A DNA stretch of 64,000 bases from an uncultured cyanobacterium (GCA_963718615.1 OY970368.1:4416001-4480000), one strand, 5' to 3'. Positions 50,108-59,560 are shown, numbered from the stretch's first letter. The notes: generated from the letters alone by a model not told the origin. Numbers and translations: made by a program.

Positions 50108-51763
50108 ATGCCCCTATCAAAACTGTCTCGCGATCGCACTCAGCCCACGATTTTGATCATTGATGATCAGCCCAATAATCTCCAGGTTCTTTCAGAAACT
50201 TTGAGTCAAGCCGACCTACAGGTTGCTGTGGCGATTGATGGGGAAAGTGCCCTAGAGCAATTGCAATATCTCCAGCCGGATCTCATTTTGCTCGACATTA
50301 TGATGCCAGGTATGGATGGATTTGAAGCTTGTCAGCGCATTCAATCCGATGCCGCCCTAGCCATGATTCCGATCATTTTTATGACGGCTTTGACCGAAAC
50401 GGAACACAAAACCCATGCCTTTGAACTAGGTGCAGTAGATTACATTACGAAACCCTTTCAGCAGGCTGAGGTTTTGGCTCGGGTTCAAGTTCATCTCAAT
50501 TTGCGTCACCTGAATCAAACCCTGGAGCAAAAGAATCAGGAACTTCGAGAGCAGAAGGCGGCGATCGAGCAAGCCAATCAGGCAAAAAGCAAATTTTTGG
50601 CCAATATGAGCCATGAATTGCGGACGCCCCTCAATAGTGTTCTGGGTTATGCTCAAGGGCTGAGCCAGTCGACTCATCTGACCCAGCAAGAATCTCAGTG
50701 GGTTGAGGGGATTTATTCATCCGGTTCACATCTGCTGATGCTGATTGAGGATTTGCTGGATATTTCCAAAATTGAAGCCGACAAAATTACCTTGGCACCC
50801 ACTCATGTGATACTCGATAACTTCTTACAAAGCGTGATTTGTATGTTTCAAGCCCGTGCCGATGAAACCCAAATTAGGCTGATTACTGAAATCGATCCCG
50901 AGCTGCCTGCCGCTGCCTATGTGGATGAAAAACGTTTGCGGCAGGTATTGCTGAATTTACTGAGTAATGCCTTCAAATACACCTTAACGGGTTCGATTTG
51001 GCTACGGGTGCAGTTGCGATCGCACGACAACACCCCCTTTCTAGGCATTGAAGTTGAGGATACCGGCATTGGCATTGAGCCCCAAAATCAAGTCAAAATC
51101 TTTGAACCCTTTGAACAAGTCAATCCTCACCATCATTACTCCCAAGGTACGGGCTTAGGGCTAGCGATTAGTCAACGGCTGGTCAAACTCATGGGCGGAG
51201 AAATTGGTCTGCGCACTCAGCCCGGTCAAGGCAGTTGCTTTGCGTTTGAAATCCCCATTGCCTCTCCCCAAACGCCTTATTTTTTGCAACCATTTTTGCA
51301 AGAAACGGGAATCGTGGGCTATGAAGGTGAGGTCTGTCGACTCCTCCTCATCTCTGATGCTCAGGCTAAACTGGAGTCGTCCACTGCTACTCAGCCATCC
51401 GCTAGGGCTAGCAATTCCATCGAAGACATGGCTCACTTGCTCCGGGTCTTAAATTTTAATGTGGAAATGGTGGGCGATCAGACTACCGCCCTACGTCAAG
51501 CGCAAAACTATCCGCCCGATTTAATTTTGCTGGATCTGACAGAATCTATTTCGGCGTCTGTAGCGCATACCCTCAAAGCTATTGCGGAATTAGAGGCAAT
51601 TCCCATTGTTGGCATTGCCCCTCGAAATCAGCAAGCGTCGCTGAGCGGACTCACGCCTGAGCCAATAGCTACGCTACTCAGCACACCGGTTTCTCCCATT
51701 CAGCTCGTGAAAGCCCTAGAGGAATTGCTCCTGCTCACCTGGAGCCGACAGGCTTCGCCTTGA
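50108..51763 (+). CDS. hybrid histidine kinase REC-HisKA-HATPase-(degenerate REC)
   Basis: IDDQPNN...LDIMMP...KPF; SHELRTPLN; DTGIGI, GTGLGL; C-terminal REC lacks the DD and KP residues. Confidence 0.9.
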   Translation: MPLSKLSRDRTQPTILIIDDQPNNLQVLSETLSQADLQVAVAIDGESALEQLQYLQPDLILLDIMMPGMDGFEACQRIQSDAALAMIPIIFMTALTETEHKTHAFELGAVDYITKPFQQAEVLARVQVHLNLRHLNQTLEQKNQELREQKAAIEQANQAKSKFLANMSHELRTPLNSVLGYAQGLSQSTHLTQQESQWVEGIYSSGSHLLMLIEDLLDISKIEADKITLAPTHVILDNFLQSVICMFQARADETQIRLITEIDPELPAAAYVDEKRLRQVLLNLLSNAFKYTLTGSIWLRVQLRSHDNTPFLGIEVEDTGIGIEPQNQVKIFEPFEQVNPHHHYSQGTGLGLAISQRLVKLMGGEIGLRTQPGQGSCFAFEIPIASPQTPYFLQPFLQETGIVGYEGEVCRLLLISDAQAKLESSTATQPSARASNSIEDMAHLLRVLNFNVEMVGDQTTALRQAQNYPPDLILLDLTESISASVAHTLKAIAELEAIPIVGIAPRNQQASLSGLTPEPIATLLSTPVSPIQLVKALEELLLLTWSRQASP

Positions 51764-51772
51764 GTCGCCCGG

Positions 51773-52090
51773 TTAAACTTCCTTCGCTTGAACATCGACC
51801 GTCGCCCCTTCGACCCCCGAAGCGTTTGCAGCCGCTGCGGCGCTGTCTGGAGCATCTGGAGTCTTACCGGCACTGAGACGCTCTAGTAAGATTTGGGACA
51901 GTTCGGCGACCAAAAGTCCGGCAATAATGCCATCATCCAGCCAACCCACAATGGGAATCAGGTCCGGGGAAAGATCGAAGGGCATCAAAAGGTAGGCCAC
52001 AGACCCGAGAATAACCCACCAGCGGTATTTGGGATTGCGGATGGCGTCGCGATACCAGTTGTAGAGGGACTGCACAGAAAAACTCTTCAT
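51773..52090 (-). CDS. YkvA/DUF1232 membrane protein
   Basis: YLLMPFDLSPDLIPIVGWLDD; start inferred at MKSFS. Confidence 0.85.
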   Translation of the reverse strand: MKSFSVQSLYNWYRDAIRNPKYRWWVILGSVAYLLMPFDLSPDLIPIVGWLDDGIIAGLLVAELSQILLERLSAGKTPDAPDSAAAAANASGVEGATVDVQAKEV

Positions 52091-52298
52091 GGGGATATCC
52101 AATGAGGACATCCCAATTTTGCCAAACCCTCCCGCAAAAGTCTGGTAAAGAAAACCCAAAGTTTTGGTGAGAAAACCCGCTGGAGGCGTTCTAACGCTGA
52201 AACCAGGGACTCCCAGAAGCAATTTTGGTGAAATCAACTATAATTGAATCACGCTTCCTTGACCACCGTCTTTACCACTGTCCAAAGGATGAACCCCT

Positions 52299-53274
52299 GT
52301 GTTTCTAACTGCTAATCGTCCCGCTGGGGCTCAGAATTCCCCAACGGAAATTCCCCAAGATTTGTTTGCGGCCATTGATGATCTGAAGCGGGAGCTGAAG
52401 GCGATCGTCCTGGCTCACTATTACCAAGAACCGGATATCCAAGACATCGCCGACTACATTGGTGACTCTCTGGGGCTCTCGCAGCGGGCGGCGGAAACCG
52501 ATGCGGAGGTAATTGTGTTTGCCGGGGTGCATTTCATGGCCGAAACCGCCAAAATTCTCAACCCTGACAAGTTGGTGCTGTTGCCAGATCTAGAGGCCGG
52601 TTGTTCTCTGGCCGATAGCTGTCCGCCGGAGCAGTTTGCGGTGTTTAAGGCCCAGCACCCAAACCATCTGGTGATCTCCTATATTAACTGCACCGCTGAG
52701 ATCAAGGCTCTGAGCGATATCATTTGCACGAGCTCCAATGCGGTGAAAATCGTCAACCAGATTCCAGCGGATCAGCCGATTATTTTTGCACCCGATCGCA
52801 ACCTCGGTCGTTATGTGATGGAACAAACGGGCCGAGACCTAGTCCTTCTGGGAAGGTAGCTGCATCGTCCACGAAACTTTCTCCGAGCGCAAGCTGGTGG
52901 AGCTAAAGGTGGCGAATCCCAAGGCAGAAATCATTGCCCATCCGGAATGCGAACCCACGGTCCTAAACCACGCAGATTTCATCGGCTCGACCACGGCGCT
53001 GCTCCAGTACAGCCAACAGAGTCCGAGGGAGGCGTTTATTGTAGTGACCGAATCCGGGATCATTCACCAAATGGAAAAAGCCATGCCAGAAAAACGCTTT
53101 ATCCCTGCGCCACCGATGAATCAATGCGCCTGCAACGAATGCCCCCATATGCGCTTGAATACGCTGGAAAAGCTGTACTTAGCGATGAAAAACCGCCAGC
53201 CCGAGATTACACTTGCGCCAGACATTCAGCAGGCTGCCCTAAAACCGATTCAGCGGATGTTGGCAATGAGTTAA
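52299..53274 (+). CDS. nadA: quinolinate synthase with +1 frameshift at about 52848
   Basis: LAHYYQ, GDSLGLS, GVHFMAE, GCSLA, YINC, PDRNLG...RDLVL then next frame [28 protein letters not shown]. Confidence 0.9.
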
Positions 53275-53308
53275 AGGGATTGTTTCTGTTTTCCATGTCT
53301 GCGAGCTC

Positions 53309-54106
53309 ATGAAGCGGGTGGGGGAGATGACTGATTTTTCAGGCTTTGAGGAATTTGAATTGACGGCAGAGGATGCCTGTCGCACCGTATTTGTGCGGGG
53401 CAGCGGTCCAGCGGTGGTGGTACTGCACGAACTGCCGGGGATGATTCCGGAATGCGTCGCTTTGGCGCAACGGATTGCCGATGCGGGGTTTACGGTGTTT
53501 TTGCCGCTGCTGTTTGGGGAACCGAATCAGCCGCTCTCGCTGGGGAAAATGGCAGCCTATACTGTCCAGCTTTGTCTCAGTCGCGAGTTTTATCTGCTGG
53601 CCAAAAATCAGTCGAGCCCGATTACGGCGTGGCTCAAAGCCCTGTGTCGGGAAGCGAAGTCTCGCTGTGGCGATCGCGGCGTCGGGGTCATCGGCATGTG
53701 CCTGACCGGGGGCTTTGTGCTGTCCTTGATGACGGACGAATCGGTTTTGGCTCCGGTGCTGAGCCAGCCGTCGTTGCCCTTGGGGGTGATGCTAGGGCAG
53801 AAGCGGGCGTTGGGGATTTCTGCGGAGGCGTTGGCGATCGCCAAAACCCGCGCCGAGAAGGGCTGTATTCCCTTGGGATTTCGGTTTACGGGCGATCGCC
53901 TCTGTCCCGCCGAACGCTTTGCCCGCCTCCGGGAGGAATTTGGTCCGCATATCGAGCTGACTGAAATTGATTCATCCCCGGAAAATAGCCATCAGATTCA
54001 GCCCAATGCCCATGCGGTGCTCACGGTCAGTTTTGTGGATCAGCCGGGACATCCCACGCGGGCAGCGCTCGATCGCATTCTGGAAACCTTTCGAGCCCGC
54101 CTGTAA
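53309..54106 (+). CDS. dienelactone hydrolase family protein
   Basis: VVVLHELPG, GVIGMCLTGG nucleophile elbow, AHAVLT. Confidence 0.85.
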   Translation: MKRVGEMTDFSGFEEFELTAEDACRTVFVRGSGPAVVVLHELPGMIPECVALAQRIADAGFTVFLPLLFGEPNQPLSLGKMAAYTVQLCLSREFYLLAKNQSSPITAWLKALCREAKSRCGDRGVGVIGMCLTGGFVLSLMTDESVLAPVLSQPSLPLGVMLGQKRALGISAEALAIAKTRAEKGCIPLGFRFTGDRLCPAERFARLREEFGPHIELTEIDSSPENSHQIQPNAHAVLTVSFVDQPGHPTRAALDRILETFRARL

Positions 54107-54358
54107 TCAAAAAAACATTCAATAAAGCCATCAATCTAGTGTTGCTCAAGCCTTCTCTGGGAACTTGAGTCACCCTATGCCGTCTTCGAGGAAACAGTTC
54201 CCATAATCACACCGGAATTAATCACACCGGAATCGCTCACAAGCAGCGTGAGATCACCCTTATCTCCTTTTGTTGATGGCCCCCATTTCTTTGCTTCTCA
54301 GATTTGGCCCAGCTCGGCCAAGGTTTGGCCACACCGTCGTTTAGATTCCAGAGAACCG

Positions 54359-54986
54359 ATGCGCTTTTCTCCCGTCTTCTCTAAAACCGTCTTCTCTAAA
54401 ACCGTTTCTGCTAAAACCGCATTGCTCTTGAGTTTGGCAACTTTAGGCATGGCGACCCTGGGGATGGCGATCGCCCCCCCTCCAGCCCAAAGTCAACCCC
54501 TTCTGGTGGCGACTCCGCCGAATCCCCGCTAGCCCCCCCGTTACTGAGACGGCTCCCACAACGGCTGCTCAAGCCATGCCCAAGGCCGCTAGTGACGGCA
54601 CGATCACCAGTTTATTTCAGTTTTCTAACGATGCTCGGGTTAAAGCCAAGCAAAATGCCCTGACCCTTTCCCCTCAGCTCTCAGCGGCGGCTCAGCGCCA
54701 TGCCAATGACCTGGCCAATGGGGCGAAGTTTTCCCATACGGGGTCGGATGGTTCGCAGATGGGCGATCGCATCAAAGCCACAGGCTACGTTTTCCGCACC
54801 GCCGGAGAAAATATCTATATGCAGGCTCCCCGCAACGGCCCCGCCGATGCGGTCAAGGGCTGGCTCAACAGCCCCGGTCATCGTGCGAATTTGCTCAGCA
54901 ACAAATTTACCGAAATCGGCCTTGGCTACGCCAGCAACGGCAACAAGCATTATTACGTGCAGGTCTTTGGCACACCGTTGCATTGA
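54359..54986 (+). CDS. secreted CAP/SCP-domain protein with +1 frameshift between about 54500 and 54527
   Basis: Signal peptide ORF 54359-54532; CAP domain in next frame (FSHTGSDGS, GENI, WLNSPGHRANLL, EIGLG, YVQVFG); the second frame is open across the junction. Confidence 0.8.
54372..54416 (+). repeat. 3 x 15-bp in-frame tandem repeat (VFSKT)
   Basis: ccgtcttctctaaaa ccgtcttctctaaaa ccgtttctgctaaaa. Confidence 0.85.
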
Positions 54987-55039
54987 CGCTCTCCCCCAAC
55001 CCTAAATGGGCATGGTCGGAGATTCCTATTTCTTAGTCT

Positions 55040-55480
55040 CACTTAGATAAATTAGGCGGTACCATTTATGGCTTTCGGGTTCGCCTGGTGCTCAACGCGC
55101 CTAGGGCTGTTCTCAGCTTGAGTTTGAGCACTGCCAAGGCCGATAAGAGCGAGCGTACCCGAGCTGGTGGTTGGCTTACAAGGCCAGCTATTAGGCGACA
55201 AGGGCTATATTCTCGCCCGGCCCTTAAAACTTGGCTCGCACAGCAGGGCATTAACTTGCTCACTCCCTTCAGGCAAAAAATGGAGGGACATAGCCCAAAA
55301 TTCACTCACACACTCAATTGTGGTAGACAGGTCGTTGAGACGGGTATAGGTAATCTCTGGCATTGGTTTGAAATTGAGAACATTCGATCTCGCGATCTCT
55401 GGCATTTGACTACTTGCACTGCTCGCAAGCTGCTATGATTTTCCTCAGTCGCTCTCATCGCAAGTCCGAGCTGCAATTCG
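55040..55480 (+). mobile_element. degraded IS982-like DDE transposase (C-terminal part)
   Basis: FYGFR..., LLGDKGYI, GINLLTPFRQKM, RQVVETGIGNL...IENIRSRDLWHL spread over shifted frames. Confidence 0.7.
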
Positions 55481-55865
55481 GGAATACTATCCTGAATCGC
55501 TCCTTCGCCTATTAGGCTAAGTTGCATGTAGTAGCCAAAAAGCCAAATTTATGATTCCATAATATCACGCTAGTGTAGTGTAAGTTAGCACAATGTCAGC
55601 ATTAATTTACTCCAAGTACTTCAGAACAAGAAAATAAACAAAATTTTACAAGAGATTATGCATAGTACGCATAAGGGAATTCGTGGCTCTCCAGTATGCA
55701 CTGCCCCTTCATGGCGAGGGAAAGGACTTTGTAAGTATACTTTCCTCTCAGTGTTGTTGATCGGTTGAAGATTTTGGCGATGGAAGACAGAACTAGTTCA
55801 AACGATCTAGCTGCGAAGACATTGAACGCTCTGTTTTCAAAATACCGAAAGCCACCAATTGCATA

Positions 55866-56300
55866 ATGAACACGGATTCTGTTCTTTCTGTTATAGCGTC
55901 CACTAGTTTTAAAGTTATTGTCTTTCCTTTTGCTTCAGTACTTTTGGTCTCTATCTCAAAATGGGCAACGGAAGTAAGTGCCAAAGGAAGAGACGAGGCT
56001 TTAAACTTCAAAGAATTAGCTACATTTGGACCAGACCTGACTGTTGGTTCAACTTTTACTCTAATTTCAGAGTCAATTGAAAGAATATCTGAAAGAGGAG
56101 AATCAAATCTTCTTTCGGCGATTATTTTGATTATGGTAGCTTTTGTGTTTGTAAATTTTGTATGGTTTAGTGCATTTATTTCTGGACGAGTCGGATACGA
56201 TCAGAATAAGAGGATAACCAATGCTGCGGTAATTACCCAAAATTGCATGGGAGTCTTCTTGATGTTTGTAACATATAAACTCTTAGTCATTTTTAAATAA
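55866..56300 (+). CDS. AT-rich hypothetical membrane protein (about 4 TM)
   Basis: 144 aa, alternating hydrophobic segments, atypical codon usage. Confidence 0.65.
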   Translation: MNTDSVLSVIASTSFKVIVFPFASVLLVSISKWATEVSAKGRDEALNFKELATFGPDLTVGSTFTLISESIERISERGESNLLSAIILIMVAFVFVNFVWFSAFISGRVGYDQNKRITNAAVITQNCMGVFLMFVTYKLLVIFK

Positions 56301-56308
56301 GCTCTAAA

Positions 56309-56983
56309 ATGCAAGGGAATCGCCTAACGACAAAAATCCGGAATCTCCCCAGAAACCAGAAAAAACTAACACTTTTTCTTCTGCAACTATCTGGTATAGG
56401 TTTCTTCATCACTTTTATACTTATTCCAGCATCCGCAATTCTACTGGGACAGATGTCGCCCGAAAATACCCGAATGTTTTTGGTAGACATAATTAGCACT
56501 GTTGTCCCTATATTGCTAGGCTTCATTGTGTATCAATTTATGCTGGATTTTTTGACCAGATTCTCAGTGAGCAGAGATAATCAAAGTAGTACGACATTAA
56601 ACAACAAGAAGCTAGCTAGCGAGAAAATTAGCAATGCGAACCAAGGAAAAACATTGGCTGTAATTGAAACGATTGAAACAATCGAAATAGAAGAGCAAGA
56701 AGAAGATCTTCCAAACACCCACAGAGAGGCTAAAAAGATTGTAGCCAAAAAAAAAGAAGAAATGATTTTAAGAGATGCTAAACATGAAACAATGCCTATT
56801 AAAATAGACATTGAAAGTGAGCCGGATATAACTGACTCAATCCAGGATCTCGAAAAAATACTTAAAAAGATAAAAGTTAATTTTATTAAATATCGTGAAC
56901 CAAGTTCAGGTCGACAAGAAGAACAGGAACTAGAGCAACTAATAGAAAAATTAATATACAGAATTAAGAGAAAAAAATCGTAA
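56309..56983 (+). CDS. AT-rich hypothetical protein, 2 TM plus charged C-terminal tail
   Basis: 224 aa, starts 8 nt after the previous stop; E/K-rich C-terminus. Confidence 0.65.
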   Translation: MQGNRLTTKIRNLPRNQKKLTLFLLQLSGIGFFITFILIPASAILLGQMSPENTRMFLVDIISTVVPILLGFIVYQFMLDFLTRFSVSRDNQSSTTLNNKKLASEKISNANQGKTLAVIETIETIEIEEQEEDLPNTHREAKKIVAKKKEEMILRDAKHETMPIKIDIESEPDITDSIQDLEKILKKIKVNFIKYREPSSGRQEEQELEQLIEKLIYRIKRKKS

Positions 56984-57098
56984 TTCTCTATCTCATGGAG
57001 TCAAACATTCCTGGAAAATCTGGTGATTTGATGCGTTAGACTGCCTTTAACGCAGGTGTCATTGCCGGAGGTCTGTCTCTTTACTCGATACCTACATA

Positions 57099-57347
57099 GG
57101 GGCATCTCGAAAAATAGCCATTTGTGTTCTCACTATGAGATTCTAGAGAAGGGATTGAAGGCAGCAGTGATGGCTCAACGCGGATTGTGGGATGAAGAAG
57201 CTCGGCAGGAGAAACTGGCGAGTAAGAAGAGTCTGCTGCCGCGTTTGGCCGAAATGGTTCCGTGGGAAAGCCTTCGAGAGACCTTGGAGAGGATCCACCA
57301 GAAGGAGCGCAAGAGCAATGCCGGGCGAAAGCCGATGGACGCGGTCT
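57099..57347 (+). mobile_element. IS5-family left end and truncated transposase N-terminus
   Basis: GGGCATCTCGAAAAA end-like motif; ATG 57170 MAQRGLWD...VPWESLRETLERIHQKERKSNAGRKPMD, cut off at the neighbouring gene. Confidence 0.75.
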
Positions 57348-57884
57348 CTAGTGAATCTCCCCAAACAGTTCGTTTAGCCAAGACAAGGCCGCTAAGCCTT
57401 CCACATTTTCACGACAGGGCAAGTGAAAAAAATCAGCCAGTGTATGAGCCATTTTCCAGGTCTGGGCATGATTCCCCGTGTTTTGTGTCAAGGAAACCGC
57501 TTTCCCTGAGCGAAGGAGCAGCCGAACCCGGTAACGTTTGTTGTATCGGTAGGTTCGGCCATAGAGCTCAATCCAGCATATCTGCTGGAGATGACACTGC
57601 ATTTGCCGCATCCTACGGATCCCTTGGCGACGCAGGGTGAGGGTGTGGGTTTGGCGATCGCAGTGGCAGATCAGAACTTCAGATCGAAAGATCGTCACTC
57701 CCCCAATCCCCAAAAGCACAAGCATGGGTAAAAGCGCTAACCACTGCCCCGTAGTGATCACCTGACTGATTTGGACCAGAATTCCAGCCCCGCCCCCTAA
57801 GCCATAGAGCAGGCCAAGACCTAGGGAGGCCCATGGCCAATCCTGAAACGATAACCGTTTCTCATCCTGGTGCAGAATCTGCAT
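57348..57884 (-). CDS. hypothetical membrane protein (2 TM plus PH-like soluble part)
   Basis: Two hydrophobic helices, then CDRQTHTLTLRR...YRVRLLLRSG. Confidence 0.6.
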   Translation of the reverse strand: MQILHQDEKRLSFQDWPWASLGLGLLYGLGGGAGILVQISQVITTGQWLALLPMLVLLGIGGVTIFRSEVLICHCDRQTHTLTLRRQGIRRMRQMQCHLQQICWIELYGRTYRYNKRYRVRLLLRSGKAVSLTQNTGNHAQTWKMAHTLADFFHLPCRENVEGLAALSWLNELFGEIH

Positions 57885-57998
57885 GGCAAATGGCCCATTC
57901 ACAGCAAATCAATCGCCAATCAACAGCCAATCAATAAACTCAGAGTTCCCTCCCCTGCATCGGACAATCGTTTTGATCGCACAATCCTGTCTCCGATG

Positions 57999-59369
57999 CT
58001 ATTCCAAAGTTGCGGACGACTCTAAGGTTCTTACGGTTAAAACCTGTGGCGGTGTCGAATCCGGTGGATAGAGAAAATCCACCTGGACCAACCGCTGTCC
58101 ACCGGGCGGCAGATTGAGCGTCACGAGCGGTTCCCCCTGCTGTCCTCGTTTGTGTACCAAATGCACATAGCGGGTGCGGGGTAGATTTTTGTCATCTTGA
58201 TAACGCACCCGCACCGTTCCTCGGAAAAAGGTTTGGCGGGGCAAGGTTTCAAAAAAACGCAGGCCATTTTGGGAAAGCTGATCTTCTTTGATGGGCGTTT
58301 CCAGCGCTACCGTCACCGTTTGAGGCCGATCCGTCGGATTGATGAGCGGTAACGACAAATCGTACTCAATGCCGTAATTGCCGTGGGCCTGGTAGGCCGT
58401 ATCGGGGTAACGCACCAGCATCTGTGCCGACTGATTTTGTCCTGTGCCCAACCGACCCACATGGAGCGTGCTCAGGCCATAGGAAAAGGCTTCTCCCGCA
58501 GCGGGGAGGGTCAGGCGGAAATCTGGGCGATCGCTCAACTTCGCCTGCCAGCGGGATCCCTCTGCAACCCCTGCGACCCGGCTGTAGATCACGGACCCGG
58601 TTTGATCGAGGGGGGTGGGGGTGCGATCGCGGGGTCCTGCCAAATTTCCCTGGTTTAAGAGGGCTTTCCATTCGGAGAACTTGGGCGATCGCTCCCCCTC
58701 CGGCTGATTCGCATCCGCCTTGGCAAACATCGCCAAACTCGCCAATCGCACCGGTCCATCGCTATAGAGCCGCAGGAGGGTTGAGCGTCCATTAATCGGT
58801 GGGGTCAACGGGCGCACCGGAATCGGCAGATCCAGCAGCATCGCCATTTCCCCCGGCGGAATCGTCAGCTTAGCCGGAAGATCTGCCTGCCGCTGTCCCC
58901 GCAATACATCGCTCATGACCCGGCTTCCCGGCCCTGCATAGACCTCACCCCTAGGATTTTCTACCATGGGCGGTAGATCGATAAACGGTGCATCCGGCTG
59001 GCTGAGATAGCTGGCTCCCTGGAGAACATCGAGAGTCACGGGGCGATCGCTAGGGTTGTAAGCAATGACACCTAAATACAGCGTCCGCAAATCCTCAGGG
59101 GGATCAGCCTTGGCAATGTGGTGGGCAAACAGATCAAATCGACCCTGAAATTCATAGTCCAGGTGGGCTGCGGGGGTTACCTTGCCCTGGGGAGAAAAGG
59201 TGGAGAGCAAAATGCCCTCCTGCTGGACCAGTTCTGGGCTATTGCTATTGAAAACGGGGACTGTGTCTAGGTTGCCGGGGAGCGATCGCACCGTCTGAGG
59301 CCGAACCACTTCGGCAGGGGGCGGTGTTTGGGCCAGGAGCATAGGAGGTGTAATTGGAAACAGAAACAT
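57999..59369 (-). CDS. DUF3370-family protein (second paralogue)
   Basis: VPVFNSNSPE, AHGNYGIEY, YPPDSTPPQVLTV; colinear with 2456-3907. Confidence 0.8.
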   Translation of the reverse strand: MFLFPITPPMLLAQTPPPAEVVRPQTVRSLPGNLDTVPVFNSNSPELVQQEGILLSTFSPQGKVTPAAHLDYEFQGRFDLFAHHIAKADPPEDLRTLYLGVIAYNPSDRPVTLDVLQGASYLSQPDAPFIDLPPMVENPRGEVYAGPGSRVMSDVLRGQRQADLPAKLTIPPGEMAMLLDLPIPVRPLTPPINGRSTLLRLYSDGPVRLASLAMFAKADANQPEGERSPKFSEWKALLNQGNLAGPRDRTPTPLDQTGSVIYSRVAGVAEGSRWQAKLSDRPDFRLTLPAAGEAFSYGLSTLHVGRLGTGQNQSAQMLVRYPDTAYQAHGNYGIEYDLSLPLINPTDRPQTVTVALETPIKEDQLSQNGLRFFETLPRQTFFRGTVRVRYQDDKNLPRTRYVHLVHKRGQQGEPLVTLNLPPGGQRLVQVDFLYPPDSTPPQVLTVRTLESSATLE

Positions 59370-59560
59370 GAGATAAAAACAATAGTTTTTCGTAAGAGTT
59401 ATCGGACGAGGGGGTTTGTGCTGGAGTAATGGAATAAGGGTGTGTGTGCTACGGACGATTTTGTTGCCGAATAATTTGCAACCTGTTTCTCGACCCGTTT
59501 CTCAGCCTAGCGTTCGGCCCGTTTCCTAGCCAGTCTCATTTTGCTGCTTCCAGATCCTCC

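Noticed and set aside
57298-57305. Fourth CCTTCTGG (as CCAGAAGG) as another frameshift site
   Set aside because: It lies on the non-coding strand of the IS5 fragment, whose frame (IHQKERKSNAGRKP) is intact; kept only as a control.
55040-57347. Functional composite transposon
   Set aside because: The flanking IS remnants belong to different families, both are broken, and no matching ends or target duplication were seen.
57056-57640. 194-aa ORF as a real protein
   Set aside because: Chimera of an IS5 transposase N-terminus and sequence antisense to the neighbouring gene.
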